The notes under the pieces: generated by a model | Databases searched by the model: none | What the model saw: only the letters and a program-made list of their open reading frames with translations | Told to the model about the DNA's origin: nothing | Translations under genes and position numbers: made by a program | Part shown: positions 35,701 through 45,989 of the stretch, one piece after another | Numbering within the stretch: the stretch's first letter is position 1 | Layout: every line of letters starts with the position of its first letter | Source of the DNA: Chlamydiia bacterium | GTDB taxonomy: Bacteria > Chlamydiota > Chlamydiia > Chlamydiales > 2-12-FULL-49-11 | DNA length: 64,000 nucleotides | Assembly: GCA_044359535.1 (NCBI GenBank) | Contig: JBIKLZ010000002.1 | Location: 32,001-96,000, forward strand | Direction of reading: 5' to 3'

Positions 35701-36530
35701 AAAAATCTCCACGTGGTAAGGATATCTTCTTCCCAATTGTAGTAATCAATTGAAAAGAGGTGTTTTTGTTTGAGCAACTGGTTGACTTGATCACTGATCT
35801 TTTTTGGAACAAAGTAGGTGATCAAAAAATGATATTGGGAGGGCATTGAATAAATCCCTTGAACAAAGCGGTAGATCCCCCTTTCTAAAATGAATTCTTT
35901 CAGTTGATCTTTATCTCCATTGTATCGTTCTAAGTAGATAGGAAAAATTGATTTTGCAGAAGTTGCTGAAAGGGTGTTTAAAAAGGTGACCTCTTGAGGA
36001 GAAAAAGCCTGTTGAAGTTCTTTTAGGGTTTTTTTAGAAAGGAGTGTTTTGACTTCAATAGCAATATCAAAAAGCCCAAGGTAGTGAATTAAGGTTTCAA
36101 GGGCAACCCCTGTATCTCCAAGAATTTCTATCAGCGGGTGGAAAGGATAGTAGGTAGGGGGGGGAAATCCTATCAAGGCTTTTTCAAAAAGGGTGTGTAA
36201 AACAGCATCAGAAAATTTTTTAGAAGTTAAGTGTCTAAAGATTGTGGCCTCTTTTGAAAATTGGAGTTGTTTATACTCAGGGAAGGCAGCGATATAAAAA
36301 GATTTTTCTGATGGACTCACCAAGGCTAGAAAGTCTATGAAATGAGAGATATGAATTCTTCGTGCAAGTTTTTCAATGGTCAAAGAAATAGGGAGGATGT
36401 GTTGGGAGACAGAGCTTTCTTTAAGAGCTGATTGAAGAGTCTCCGGAAGAAAAGATGTAAGGGAAGCTCTTTTTTCTTTAGAAAGGGATGCAAATTTAAA
36501 ATGCAGTGCAAGGACATTTTGTCGATCCAT
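35670..36530 (-). CDS. T3SS-associated protein between sctJ and sctL (SctK-like position)
   Basis: IHISH, LIHYLGLFDIA; TAATG coupling to sctJ; position typical of the chlamydial T3SS locus. Confidence 0.7.
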   Translation of the reverse strand: MDRQNVLALHFKFASLSKEKRASLTSFLPETLQSALKESSVSQHILPISLTIEKLARRIHISHFIDFLALVSPSEKSFYIAAFPEYKQLQFSKEATIFRHLTSKKFSDAVLHTLFEKALIGFPPPTYYPFHPLIEILGDTGVALETLIHYLGLFDIAIEVKTLLSKKTLKELQQAFSPQEVTFLNTLSATSAKSIFPIYLERYNGDKDQLKEFILERGIYRFVQGIYSMPSQYHFLITYFVPKKISDQVNQLLKQKHLFSIDYYNWEEDILTTWRFLCTYSQSMNR

Positions 36531-37465
36531 TATGACTCGTTGCTTGTAGACTCAGAAGAGGGTTTTTGCGGGAGTTGGGGCTCTTGAATATTTTGACTAA
36601 AAGGGGCAATGGTTAATAATTTTTTAAAACCATCGCCACTTCTTAAAATGGGATATATTTTCCATACAAGCCATCCAAGAGCTGTTGCAAGGAGAAGAAC
36701 TATGACCATAAGAAAGAAGAAAAAGAGTCTAAATTTCCCTGTGGAGCTTTTATTCATGATGATGGACCAAATTTTTACTTGTTCATCGCCATGAGAGGCA
36801 GTGTAAAGGGTTAAAGGGTTGCTCGGAGAAACGTCAGTAAAACGGGATTTATCAGAGACAACGGTAACATCGTCAATAGATAGATTTTGAACACTTCCTG
36901 AGACAAGGCGCTTAATTTTTAGGACAAGGTGATTGTTAGGTTCATCCATTACCCCTTGATGTTTAACAAACACAGCCGCTGTAGGTTTTTGAGCAACACC
37001 TCCATCAGTTAGGGATTCTCCGCTATCTGGAAAGGAAAGTTGGACATTTGCATAAATGACCCCATCGATCATAGAGATGACATTTGCAATTTGCTGAGAA
37101 AGACCTGCTTGATATCGAATGGTCTCCTCTTTGTCAGTAGACATAAAACTGCTTTTCCCAAAAAGGTCTAAAAGGGTGGTTCCTTGTTTTTGAGGGAGAC
37201 CGTTTTGGTTTAATAAGGCCATAGCTTCGACACTTTTATTTGATGGGACCTCTAGGTTAAATTTTGCTGCAGAGCTATCAGATCCAGCACCTGTACTTGC
37301 AACGCTTATTTTTGACGCAAGGATCCCTTTGCTTGAAAGAAAAACAATGATGACATTGGCATCTTTTTCACTTAAATTATTAAGGATAACGTCTTTTCCC
37401 CCTGAGCACGAAAAGAATAAGGAGGGGAGAATAAAAAAAAGAATCAAAAGGGATTGTTTGCGCAT
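36530..37465 (-). CDS. sctJ: T3SS inner-ring lipoprotein SctJ
   Basis: Lipobox FFSC, EKDANVIIVFL, LNQNGLP, IRYQAGL, IDGVIYANVQLSFP, IKRLVSGSV, C-terminal TM. Confidence 0.97.
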   Translation of the reverse strand: MRKQSLLILFFILPSLFFSCSGGKDVILNNLSEKDANVIIVFLSSKGILASKISVASTGAGSDSSAAKFNLEVPSNKSVEAMALLNQNGLPQKQGTTLLDLFGKSSFMSTDKEETIRYQAGLSQQIANVISMIDGVIYANVQLSFPDSGESLTDGGVAQKPTAAVFVKHQGVMDEPNNHLVLKIKRLVSGSVQNLSIDDVTVVSDKSRFTDVSPSNPLTLYTASHGDEQVKIWSIIMNKSSTGKFRLFFFFLMVIVLLLATALGWLVWKIYPILRSGDGFKKLLTIAPFSQNIQEPQLPQKPSSESTSNES

Positions 37466-37712
37466 AGTTAGATCACTTTAAAAAAATAGGACTTAATTGT
37501 AGCACACCCTTAATAAGTATGCACTATAAATTTGTAATAGCAGAGGGGGACAAAAATAGCAAATAGATAGTCAGAAATGAAAGAAAGAAAAAAAAACATC
37601 GATGAGACATTTCATAAAAGCGATAGTCTCTATATTTTATAGAAAAATCAAGGGGGAGAATATTTTTGTGTAAAAAATCTAACAACTTTACATTATAGAG
37701 TTCTGAGGGACT

Positions 37713-38468
37713 ATGGGACAAAAAACAACCACCTTTTTATCAACTCTTTATGACTTTTGGTCCCCCTATATGGATAAAGATGAGTACCTATTTTACCACC
37801 GCTTGATCGTTAAACAGGGGGGAAAAGCCTTAGAACTTTTTTGTGGAAGTGGGCGCCTTCTTTTACCTTTTGTTAAAGAAGGATTAGGAGTTTCTGGGAT
37901 CGAATGCTCTTTAGAATTGATGACTTTATTAAAACAAAGGGCTTTAGAAGTGAATCTAGAGGTCGATGTTTCCTTAATGAAACTTGACGAATTAGAAATT
38001 AAAGGGGAATTTGATCTTATCTATTCAAGTTTAGGATCTTTTCAGATGATTTCTGACAGAGACGATGCAGTAAGGCTTTTGTCAAAGCTTTATACAAGTC
38101 TTAGGGAAGATGGAGTGCTATCAATTGCCCTTTTCCTCCCTTGGACGGGGGTTAACTTTGCTACAGATCATTGGGTGATAGCCTCTGATCTAAAAGATGC
38201 AAGAACAAAGCAACGGTATATTCGGAGAGAAAAAAGTCATCACGATCAGGTAAATCAAGTGATTACAGGAAAAATACGATATGAAACATGGCTTAAAAAA
38301 GATCTTTTAGAGATGGTGGAAAAACAGCTTTTTTTGCGGTGGTATAGTCAGTTTGAATTTAGATCTTTATTAAGTGAGGCAGGGTTTAAACAGATTGAAC
38401 TGATTCGCTCTTATAGTGAAAGTGCACCAGCTAAGGAGGCATTTATGTTATTTCTTGGCAAAAAATAA
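37713..38468 (+). CDS. Class I SAM-dependent methyltransferase
   Basis: ALELFCGSGRLLLP, FDLIY, LRWYSQFEFRSLLSEAGF. Confidence 0.9.
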   Translation: MGQKTTTFLSTLYDFWSPYMDKDEYLFYHRLIVKQGGKALELFCGSGRLLLPFVKEGLGVSGIECSLELMTLLKQRALEVNLEVDVSLMKLDELEIKGEFDLIYSSLGSFQMISDRDDAVRLLSKLYTSLREDGVLSIALFLPWTGVNFATDHWVIASDLKDARTKQRYIRREKSHHDQVNQVITGKIRYETWLKKDLLEMVEKQLFLRWYSQFEFRSLLSEAGFKQIELIRSYSESAPAKEAFMLFLGKK

Positions 38469-38508
38469 CATTCATAAAGTCCCCCTGTGCAGTGGCTAAA
38501 AAGATCTA

Positions 38509-38537
38509 TTGACTCATCTTGAGCAAAAATGTATGCT
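38509..38537 (+). promoter_or_regulatory. Promoter of the parA / pGP6-D pair
   Basis: TTGACT-N17-TATGCT. Confidence 0.55.
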
Positions 38538-38570
38538 ACATTTTCTTGATTTCTTTCTTTGGAGAATTGT

Positions 38571-39368
38571 ATGTACACAATCGCTTGCTGTAGTTTTAAA
38601 GGTGGAACAGCAAAAACATCTACCATTTTACATTTAGGGGTTTTTTTAGCAAAAAAATTTCAGAAAAAGGTGTTGCTGATTGATTTTGATGCGCAGGCAA
38701 ACTTAAGTACAGGCCTTGGATTTAGCTCCGATGACGATGATACAATGGTCTCTGTCTTAAGAGAGGAAAAAACGATGCTTGAGGTCATTAAGCATACCCA
38801 CATCCCTGGGCTTGATATTGTTCCTGCAAATGTCTATTTAGATGGAGTTGAGGCAACAACCCCTATTGTTAATGATCTTTATGGTCATGAGAGGTTAAGA
38901 CGCGCTATTAAAGGGTTGGATTACGATTTTGTCTTTATCGACACCCCCCCTAGTTTAGGGTGGCTTACACAAAGTGCCTTTTTTGCTTCTAATTATTCGT
39001 TAATTGCCGCTGTTCCAGAACCATACAGTATTTTAGCTTTAAACCGTTTACAAGAGTACCATGAAAAAATAGGGGGGCATCACAGCCTTGAAATCTTAGG
39101 GGTGGTTCTTTCCTTTTGGGATGAACGGGGAGCTACCAATCAAGCCTATGTCAATGCTATTGATGTAGCCTTCCCTGGAAAATTGTTTACAACAAAAATT
39201 CGGAGAGATATTTCTGTTTCAAGAAGTGTCTTAAGGGGAAAACCTGTCTGTGATGTCTATCCAGAATCTAGAGCAGCCTATGATTATGAAAGACTTGCCG
39301 CAGAATTAATACGTAGGGTTACAGGGGAAAAAGAGCAAAAAAAGTCGTTGGAGGCAATGTATGTCTAA
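38571..39368 (+). CDS. parA: ParA/MinD-family ATPase, chromosomal pGP5-D-like
   Basis: SFKGGTAKTST, LIDFDAQANL, IDTPPSL; RBS GGAG before ATG 38571. Confidence 0.93.
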   Translation: MYTIACCSFKGGTAKTSTILHLGVFLAKKFQKKVLLIDFDAQANLSTGLGFSSDDDDTMVSVLREEKTMLEVIKHTHIPGLDIVPANVYLDGVEATTPIVNDLYGHERLRRAIKGLDYDFVFIDTPPSLGWLTQSAFFASNYSLIAAVPEPYSILALNRLQEYHEKIGGHHSLEILGVVLSFWDERGATNQAYVNAIDVAFPGKLFTTKIRRDISVSRSVLRGKPVCDVYPESRAAYDYERLAAELIRRVTGEKEQKKSLEAMYV

Positions 39369-40107
39369 AGCAAATTTGTTAGCAAAAAAATTCTTAGCCC
39401 TTAAAAATAAAGAGACTCAAAAACCTTCTGAACACACTGTTATCCCTCACAATAGCTTTCGTGCAATGTTTGATCCTCATGAATTAGCCGATAGTGAAAT
39501 TAAGAATTTAAAAGTGATCTTTGAAAAAAGTGCCACTTTATCCCCCTCTCAACATCAATTTGAGAGTGATTTTTCTCAATTGGTACAAATTACATCAGAG
39601 TTAAAAGCCATTCAGAAACAGGCTGTTATTTTAGTTGGAGAAAGAATTTGTGCTGTCCGTGACATTTTTAAACGACATGGGGGAGAGGGTCTTGGATTTA
39701 CTGCATGGCTATCTCTTGCCTTTAATGCAAAAAAGACAGCCTACAATGCTATGGCCTATTATGAATTGTACTCTGCCCTCCCTACAGACGACTTAAAGCT
39801 TAAAATGAAACAAATGCCGGTAAAAGTAAGTTATGTTCTTGCCTCTCGATCAGCTCCGGAACCGATAAAATTTTCCATTATTGATTCTTATCAGGGGGAG
39901 AAACAAAGGGAGATGCTTGATCGTATTGAAGAACATATCCCTATTTTAGGGGATAAACGCTCTTTAAGGACCCTTGGGGAAAAAGCTGTCGATGATTTAG
40001 AAAGGATTATCGATACATTAATGAGGAGAAAAAAACATATTCATGAAAATGAAAAGTCCCGCATTGATGAGGTGTTACATAAGCTACAAGATTTACTTAG
40101 GATCTAA
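39361..40107 (+). CDS. Chlamydial pGP6-D family protein
   Basis: KAIQKQAVILVGERI, FTAWL, KKTAYNAMAYYELY..LP, YVLASR. Confidence 0.9.
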   Translation: MSKANLLAKKFLALKNKETQKPSEHTVIPHNSFRAMFDPHELADSEIKNLKVIFEKSATLSPSQHQFESDFSQLVQITSELKAIQKQAVILVGERICAVRDIFKRHGGEGLGFTAWLSLAFNAKKTAYNAMAYYELYSALPTDDLKLKMKQMPVKVSYVLASRSAPEPIKFSIIDSYQGEKQREMLDRIEEHIPILGDKRSLRTLGEKAVDDLERIIDTLMRRKKHIHENEKSRIDEVLHKLQDLLRI

Positions 40108-40554
40108 CAATTTAAGCAATTGTTCCGCTTGATGAAGGTGTTGTTCAACCGTATTAAGGTTCTCTAATTTTTTTTCCGAATAGATATAGCAAAAGCGCTT
40201 AATTTGAAGAAGAGATTGCTGTATTAATTCTACCCAGAAATAGGATGTTGGAAATTGATTTTTGTATTTTGAAAAAAAGGCCGTTGTTATCTCTTTTTTT
40301 TCTTCAGAGGAAAGGGTTTTTTCTCCCTCTTCTATTTTTTTTACATATCCACGTAACTGAGAAAAATTTCTGTCATCTTCTATAGAATATTGAGTGGTGC
40401 AGATTATCTGTAGCTTTGAAAAAATATCTCTGATGTGAGGGGTAAGATGTGAGTAATTAAACATTTCTTCAAGAAAATAGGTGACTGATTCAACAGAAAC
40501 ATAAAGAAGGATTCTGGAGTTATCGGCTTGCTCATACCAGCTTCTTAAATTCAT
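40093..40554 (-). CDS. Hypothetical protein
   Basis: ORF with RBS AAGGAG before ATG 40554; no recognised motif. Confidence 0.65.
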   Translation of the reverse strand: MNLRSWYEQADNSRILLYVSVESVTYFLEEMFNYSHLTPHIRDIFSKLQIICTTQYSIEDDRNFSQLRGYVKKIEEGEKTLSSEEKKEITTAFFSKYKNQFPTSYFWVELIQQSLLQIKRFCYIYSEKKLENLNTVEQHLHQAEQLLKLLDPK

Positions 40555-40660
40555 TATGGTTCTCCTTAAACTCAAAGAGTATAGTCTAAGAGGGCTTTTA
40601 TGTCATTAAAACAGCAATTTTTTTGAGCAAAGCGAAATACAAAAGAGGTCTATTTTACAT

Positions 40661-42736
40661 CTAGAGGGCTTGAATTGCTGTGATTGCAATTGTGTAAATA
40701 ATGTCCTCTACAGTTGCCCCTCGAGATAGATCATTAACCGGTTTTTTTAAACCTTGGAGGATAGGACCAATGGATAAGACCCCAGCACTTCTTTGTACCG
40801 CTTTATAGGTGGTGTTTGCTGTGTTTAAATCGGGAAAAATAAAGACCGAGGCTTTACCCGCTACAGGGCTATCAGGGGCTTTTTTCTTTGCTATTTCAGG
40901 GACTTTTGCCGCATCGTATTGAAGCGGTCCATCACAAATAAGCTCTTTAGAGCGGCTACGGACAATTTCTGTCGCTTCTTTTACTTTTTCTACCTCTTTT
41001 CCAAATCCTGAGGTAAGGGTGCTGTAGCTAATCATTGCAACAATAGGATCAATATCAAAGGCTTTAGCTGTTGCAGCACTTTGAATGGCAATATCGGCAA
41101 GGCCTTGAGCTGTGGGGTTTTGATTTACAGCGCAATCCCCATAGACTAAAATTTCAGAGGGCATACACATAAAAAACACAGAAGAGACAAGATTTACCCC
41201 CTCTTTTGTCCCAAGAATTTTTAAGGCAGGGGATAAGACATGTGCTGTGGTGGTGGTTGCCCCGGCAACAAGACCATCGACTTCACCATTAAAAAGCATC
41301 ATCATACCCACAACGATGGGGTCAGTAAGGTAATCAATAGCATTTTTTTCGGTAAGCCCTTTGTGTTTGCGAATTTCTAAAAGGGGCTGAACATAGTTTG
41401 GAGCCATTGTCTTTGGGTCAATAATTTCGATTTCAGGTGATAGTTTTATCCCATTATTTTCTGCAATTGTTTCAACGCGCTTTTTATCCCCAAGAAGAAG
41501 GATATGAGCGATCCCTTTTTTCATACAAAAATCTGCGGCTTGTAAAATGCGGATATCCTCACTTTCTGGAAGGAGGATTCTTTTTTTCCCTTTTTGTGCT
41601 TTTGTCATTAAACGGTAACGAAAAGCGGCAGGGGATAGGGTGTACCCTTCATAGTTGTTCCTAAAAGAGATAAAAAATTGGGGATCTATTTTTGAAGCGA
41701 TGTAATTATTTACTCGATCGCGATGGATGGGATCCTCTTTGATGGATAAGGTGTTTAGATTCTGTAGATTAATCGCTGTTCTCAAACTGTCAGTTTTTAC
41801 AAGTAAAATAGGAAATCCTGAAGCGATAGCTTGTTGACAAATACGAACTGTCTCTTTAGAAGGAAGGTGCCCTCCAGTAAGGACAATTCCGGCTAGATCA
41901 ATCCCACTTAAAAATGCAAGGCACGCAGCAATTAATATATCCTCACGATCACCAGAGGTAAGGATCAAGGCTCGAGATTTAAGAAGGCTTGTCACATTTT
42001 GGATATTTGCAGCAGCTAAGGCAAAGTGGAGAATAGGTCCATCTTTAAATTCTTCTGGGTTTAAGAGTTCAGCAGAAAGGTGGGTTTTTATCCCGGAAAC
42101 ACTTGTCCCCATTAAAGAGCGTTTCCAAGGGATGGTTGCAAGGATTGGTATTTTAGATTTTTCTATCACCTCTTTAGAAATATCGATCTCTTCTGGGGGG
42201 TCAAATAAATCGATCCGGGTATTTCCTTGACGATCTGTTGGGGCTCCAATTTTATTAATGATACACCCTAAAAGTTTAGGGTTTTTATTTCCCCCAAAAT
42301 TTGCGGCCTCAATTTCTATGGTTTCAATAACTGAAGGGATCGATTTCCCCATTGGAGAGGCTACTAAAACAATATCGGCAGATAGACATAAAGCTATAGA
42401 ATGGTTGAGCTTTGTTGCATAGTTTTGGGCAGAAGTAAGAGCAAGCCCTTCAATAACAAGAACGTCACATTCTTTATTATAATGGTCTGTAAATCGAAGG
42501 ATGAATTCTAAAATCTGCTCTTCTTCCCCATTGCTTAATAGATGCTGAATAAGATCTGAGGATAAGGGGGCAGTATAACTGGTGATTTCTAAAGAAGGGC
42601 CTTTATTTTCATGGGAAAAGGGTTGAAGTAATAGGGTCTTTAAACCGTGTTTTTCTAAAGCTCTGACAAATCCGTGGGTCACAGTATATAAACCTGTCCC
42701 CATATTAATGGGGGCAAGTAGTACGGTTTTTTTCAT
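40661..42736 (-). CDS. pta: Phosphate acetyltransferase, long form with P-loop and DRTGG domains
   Basis: 691 aa; LTSGDREDI, LSPAAFRYRL, RILLPE, DGPLQYDAA, FPDLNTANTTYKAVQR, PVNDLSRG. Confidence 0.97.
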   Translation of the reverse strand: MKKTVLLAPINMGTGLYTVTHGFVRALEKHGLKTLLLQPFSHENKGPSLEITSYTAPLSSDLIQHLLSNGEEEQILEFILRFTDHYNKECDVLVIEGLALTSAQNYATKLNHSIALCLSADIVLVASPMGKSIPSVIETIEIEAANFGGNKNPKLLGCIINKIGAPTDRQGNTRIDLFDPPEEIDISKEVIEKSKIPILATIPWKRSLMGTSVSGIKTHLSAELLNPEEFKDGPILHFALAAANIQNVTSLLKSRALILTSGDREDILIAACLAFLSGIDLAGIVLTGGHLPSKETVRICQQAIASGFPILLVKTDSLRTAINLQNLNTLSIKEDPIHRDRVNNYIASKIDPQFFISFRNNYEGYTLSPAAFRYRLMTKAQKGKKRILLPESEDIRILQAADFCMKKGIAHILLLGDKKRVETIAENNGIKLSPEIEIIDPKTMAPNYVQPLLEIRKHKGLTEKNAIDYLTDPIVVGMMMLFNGEVDGLVAGATTTTAHVLSPALKILGTKEGVNLVSSVFFMCMPSEILVYGDCAVNQNPTAQGLADIAIQSAATAKAFDIDPIVAMISYSTLTSGFGKEVEKVKEATEIVRSRSKELICDGPLQYDAAKVPEIAKKKAPDSPVAGKASVFIFPDLNTANTTYKAVQRSAGVLSIGPILQGLKKPVNDLSRGATVEDIIYTIAITAIQAL

Positions 42737-43890
42737 TTTTTCTCCCTCAAAGCAAAGGCATCTTGGGCTATTAAAAGCTCTTCATTGGTGGGAATAATTG
42801 CTACAATGGTTTTTCCCCCTTGTGAAATAACGGCTCTAGTTCCCCTCTGATGGACAGTGTTTAGATGTTCATCAATTTCTATATCAGGTAAAAGGGCAAC
42901 GATTTTTGATCGAACAAGGGATGAATTTTCACCAATCCCTCCAGTAAAAATCAAGCCATCCATCCCCCCTAGAGGGACTAAGTAGGAGGCTATATATTTA
43001 GCCACATGGTAACAAAACATTTCTATAGCTAAAAGAGCTAAAGGGTCCCCCATAAGAGCCTTTTCTTCAAGGGTTCTCATATCTGAAGAAATTCCAGAAA
43101 TCCCTAGTAAACCACTTTTTTTGTTTAAAATGGTGAGCACCTCCTCAGAAGTGATCGATAATTCATCAGATAAAAATAAGACGATGCTTGGATCAATATC
43201 CCCACACCTTGTCCCCATCATCAACCCCTCAAGGGGGGTAAAACCCATACTTGTGTCAACACTTTTACCCCCTTTAACAGCACAGACACTGCAGCCATTT
43301 CCAAGATGGGCAATAACTAAGCGCTCATGGGGAGAAAAAAGGGTTTTGGCAGCATGGGATACAAACCTATGGGAGGTTCCATGAAATCCATACTTCCGTA
43401 TTTGGTGTTTTTTATAGTATTCAAAGGGCAAAGGATACAAAAAGGCTTTTTTTGGAAGGGACATGTGAAAGGAGGTGTCAAACACAGCAATATTGGGAAG
43501 ATGTGGAATTAAAGTGTGAAACATTTCAATGCCAAAGGCATTTACAGGATTATGAAGTGGGGCTAAATGGCTATATTTACGAATTTTAGAAAGAACCTCA
43601 TCATCTACCACAACCGAGGATGTAAATTCTTGGCCTCCATGGACAACGCGGTGACCTATGGCACAGAGCTCCTCTTCGTAGGGTTTAATCATTTCTACCA
43701 CCCTTTCTAAAACTTGAGAATAATTTTCTGAAGGGATCTGCATTTTTTTCTTTCCCACAGAAAAAGTACAGGATACAGATCCAATGTTTTCGGATTGTCC
43801 CTTAAAATAAAGCTCTTGAGTTAAAGGATCCATTAGGCAAAATTTAACAGAACTGCTACCGCAATTTAAAACAAAGACAAGGTTTCCCAT
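42733..43890 (-). CDS. ackA: Acetate kinase
   Basis: LNCGSSSVKF, GHRVVHGG, APLHNP, YGFHGTSH, HLGNG, FTGGIGENS, IPTNEEL. Confidence 0.98.
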   Translation of the reverse strand: MGNLVFVLNCGSSSVKFCLMDPLTQELYFKGQSENIGSVSCTFSVGKKKMQIPSENYSQVLERVVEMIKPYEEELCAIGHRVVHGGQEFTSSVVVDDEVLSKIRKYSHLAPLHNPVNAFGIEMFHTLIPHLPNIAVFDTSFHMSLPKKAFLYPLPFEYYKKHQIRKYGFHGTSHRFVSHAAKTLFSPHERLVIAHLGNGCSVCAVKGGKSVDTSMGFTPLEGLMMGTRCGDIDPSIVLFLSDELSITSEEVLTILNKKSGLLGISGISSDMRTLEEKALMGDPLALLAIEMFCYHVAKYIASYLVPLGGMDGLIFTGGIGENSSLVRSKIVALLPDIEIDEHLNTVHQRGTRAVISQGGKTIVAIIPTNEELLIAQDAFALREKK

Positions 43891-43940
43891 AGTTCTTAAA
43901 TGAGCCAATTGTTTCTTTTAAATAAAGGAAAAAATTTTTT

Positions 43941-45272
43941 TTAGGGGAGGAGTTCTTTGAAAAGAGGGACTCTCATGTTGTCGTATTGAGAATTTTTATC
44001 ATAATCGGCCCCATCCCCGCGAGCCTTTTTTATCCACTCTGCTTTATAAATAGCCCCATCAAAAAGAAGGAGTGTTCCTAAAGAAATAATAGATCCAATG
44101 ACGTAGAGAATTTTTGCAACAGTAGCCAATCGTTTATTTTTTACATCAGTTTCTCTCCAAATGGACCACACCCTTTCATTGTTTACAGGGGAAAAACTTC
44201 GTGGGATCATAAGTCTTAAACTCACCCCTTTTTGGGTGTTATCGACAAACGCATCGACAGCGACAGATCTAGCAAGACTTAAAGCGGTTGCAACGCCACT
44301 TATCCCGACAGAAATAGCTGTTGCTGATAAAAGAGGTAAAAGCTTTACAGACACAATAAGAGATAAAGATGCAGCAGCAATGACACCTAGAGATAAAATA
44401 TGGACTTTTAGCACTTTATAGGTCTGCCTATCGACCATTTTTAAAAGAGATTTACCTTGGGTTGTGAGTGTATCAAGGTCCGCTTCGGTCATGCCCTTAA
44501 TGTCGTTGAGTGTAATATGAGATATATTTGTGACTCTATCGGCAAAAGTTTTGGCTGCAAAGGCCCCAATTCTTTGGCCTAAAACCTCTGGATGGGGAGC
44601 TTTTTCTGCAACATAATTTTTATATAAGGTATCAAGCTTCTTGTAGGTGAGGATCGCTTGAGCTTTTTTAAGAGCGCCCCCAAGATTCGTAGTGGCAGTC
44701 ATAAGATCATCAAGTGCTTCTTTACCAAGATGCTTTGTTAAAATCGCATTATTTTTTTTAAGAGTTGCTATAATATGCTCCTTACTTTGTCCTGTAAGGT
44801 TATCTAAAATCTCAATTCTTTTTAAAACCGTTCCCACCTCTTCTTTATTCATGAATCGTTCAGATTGAATAATCATGAGAATCGATCGGATGAGCTCTAA
44901 GGATAAGTAGATTGTACTGCACACAGCAAAAAGAAGAGCGCATGTAGCTAAAGCTACGGGGGTCATCACTACCCCTATGGAGATAGTAAGAACTTTTGCG
45001 GCAGCAGATAGTAAAGACACTGCAGAAGTAAACCCAATAAGAAGCTTCATGGGCGTTTTTATAATATCATGGACGATTAAAACTTTTGCGTCGATTGTAC
45101 CTGTAGCAAACACTTTTCCAATTTTTTTAATTAATTGAGGAATGGCTGTTAAGGATAAAATAAGCCCAGCAACCCCTGTAGTTTGGCCACTTTCTGGGGG
45201 GATATGTTGAATGTCAGGGGAAAAACCAATTTCGGGTAAGGGGGTAGGGGGGGGATTAGCTGGAGAACTCAT
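43941..45272 (-). CDS. Hypothetical multi-hydrophobic protein, Inc-like effector candidate
   Basis: Pro/Ser-rich N-terminus without a signal peptide; two long bilobed hydrophobic blocks. Confidence 0.6.
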   Translation of the reverse strand: MSSPANPPPTPLPEIGFSPDIQHIPPESGQTTGVAGLILSLTAIPQLIKKIGKVFATGTIDAKVLIVHDIIKTPMKLLIGFTSAVSLLSAAAKVLTISIGVVMTPVALATCALLFAVCSTIYLSLELIRSILMIIQSERFMNKEEVGTVLKRIEILDNLTGQSKEHIIATLKKNNAILTKHLGKEALDDLMTATTNLGGALKKAQAILTYKKLDTLYKNYVAEKAPHPEVLGQRIGAFAAKTFADRVTNISHITLNDIKGMTEADLDTLTTQGKSLLKMVDRQTYKVLKVHILSLGVIAAASLSLIVSVKLLPLLSATAISVGISGVATALSLARSVAVDAFVDNTQKGVSLRLMIPRSFSPVNNERVWSIWRETDVKNKRLATVAKILYVIGSIISLGTLLLFDGAIYKAEWIKKARGDGADYDKNSQYDNMRVPLFKELLP

Positions 45273-45325
45273 ATTTAACCTATATTATCTTTAATTATAA
45301 CACAATTTAATAAAAATGTAATTAA

Positions 45326-45871
45326 TTATTCTAAATCTCCTTTAAGATCAAGGGGTTCATTGGTAAGGGTAATCTTTTTATAAGAAACCACCTCTTCAAG
45401 GAGAACCGATTTAAGGGGCAAAAGCTCTTCAAGCAATGCTCTAACACTTTCAGTATAAAGAAATAATCTTTTATAGAGATTTCTTGAGGGAAGGCTATCC
45501 CCCCCTTCTTTAAAGGTCTTGATCAATGCTGAGATATCTATAATATTTTTTTTCAGGGCAAAAGATGTGAGGAGCAACGCTTTAAGATGAAGTAAGTGAG
45601 TAAACTCTGATTGACATTTTTCAATTTCTGAAAGTATTAACAAAGAACAAGTTACATCTTTATACAGGTCGATAATGATCTCTAAAGGGGCACATGGATT
45701 GAAAGAGTTTTGGACTAAAAAGTAAAAACCAGAGGTTTTTGAAGGGACATTTTTTGCAGGTTTTGATTGAAGGGAGTACAAATGGGCATAAATGGGTTCG
45801 ATAGTAGAAGCAATCGGGGTGATTGCTTCGAAAAGTTCATGAAATAATTCAATATGGGGTATTTCTACCAA
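45326..45871 (-). CDS. Hypothetical protein
   Basis: TTG start with RBS GGAGG; helical, no recognised motif. Confidence 0.6.
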   Translation of the reverse strand: MVEIPHIELFHELFEAITPIASTIEPIYAHLYSLQSKPAKNVPSKTSGFYFLVQNSFNPCAPLEIIIDLYKDVTCSLLILSEIEKCQSEFTHLLHLKALLLTSFALKKNIIDISALIKTFKEGGDSLPSRNLYKRLFLYTESVRALLEELLPLKSVLLEEVVSYKKITLTNEPLDLKGDLE

Positions 45872-45989
45872 GAAGGCCTCCTTTTTCCCTTAACATGGAA
45901 AAAAAATTGGGTTATTCGCAAGGGTTTTTATAAATAAATAGTGAATTATAGAGAAAATTTGATATAGAGGGGTTTTATAGGAGTGTACT

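Noticed and set aside
33125-37465. T3SS block as a novel system or a flagellar export locus
   Set aside because: sctJ-x-sctL-sctR-sctS-sctT is the standard chlamydial injectisome cluster
38571-40107. parA + pGP6-D as an integrated chlamydial plasmid
   Set aside because: FKGGTAKTST matches the usual chromosomal paralogue pair; no integrase, helicase, iterons or att repeats nearby
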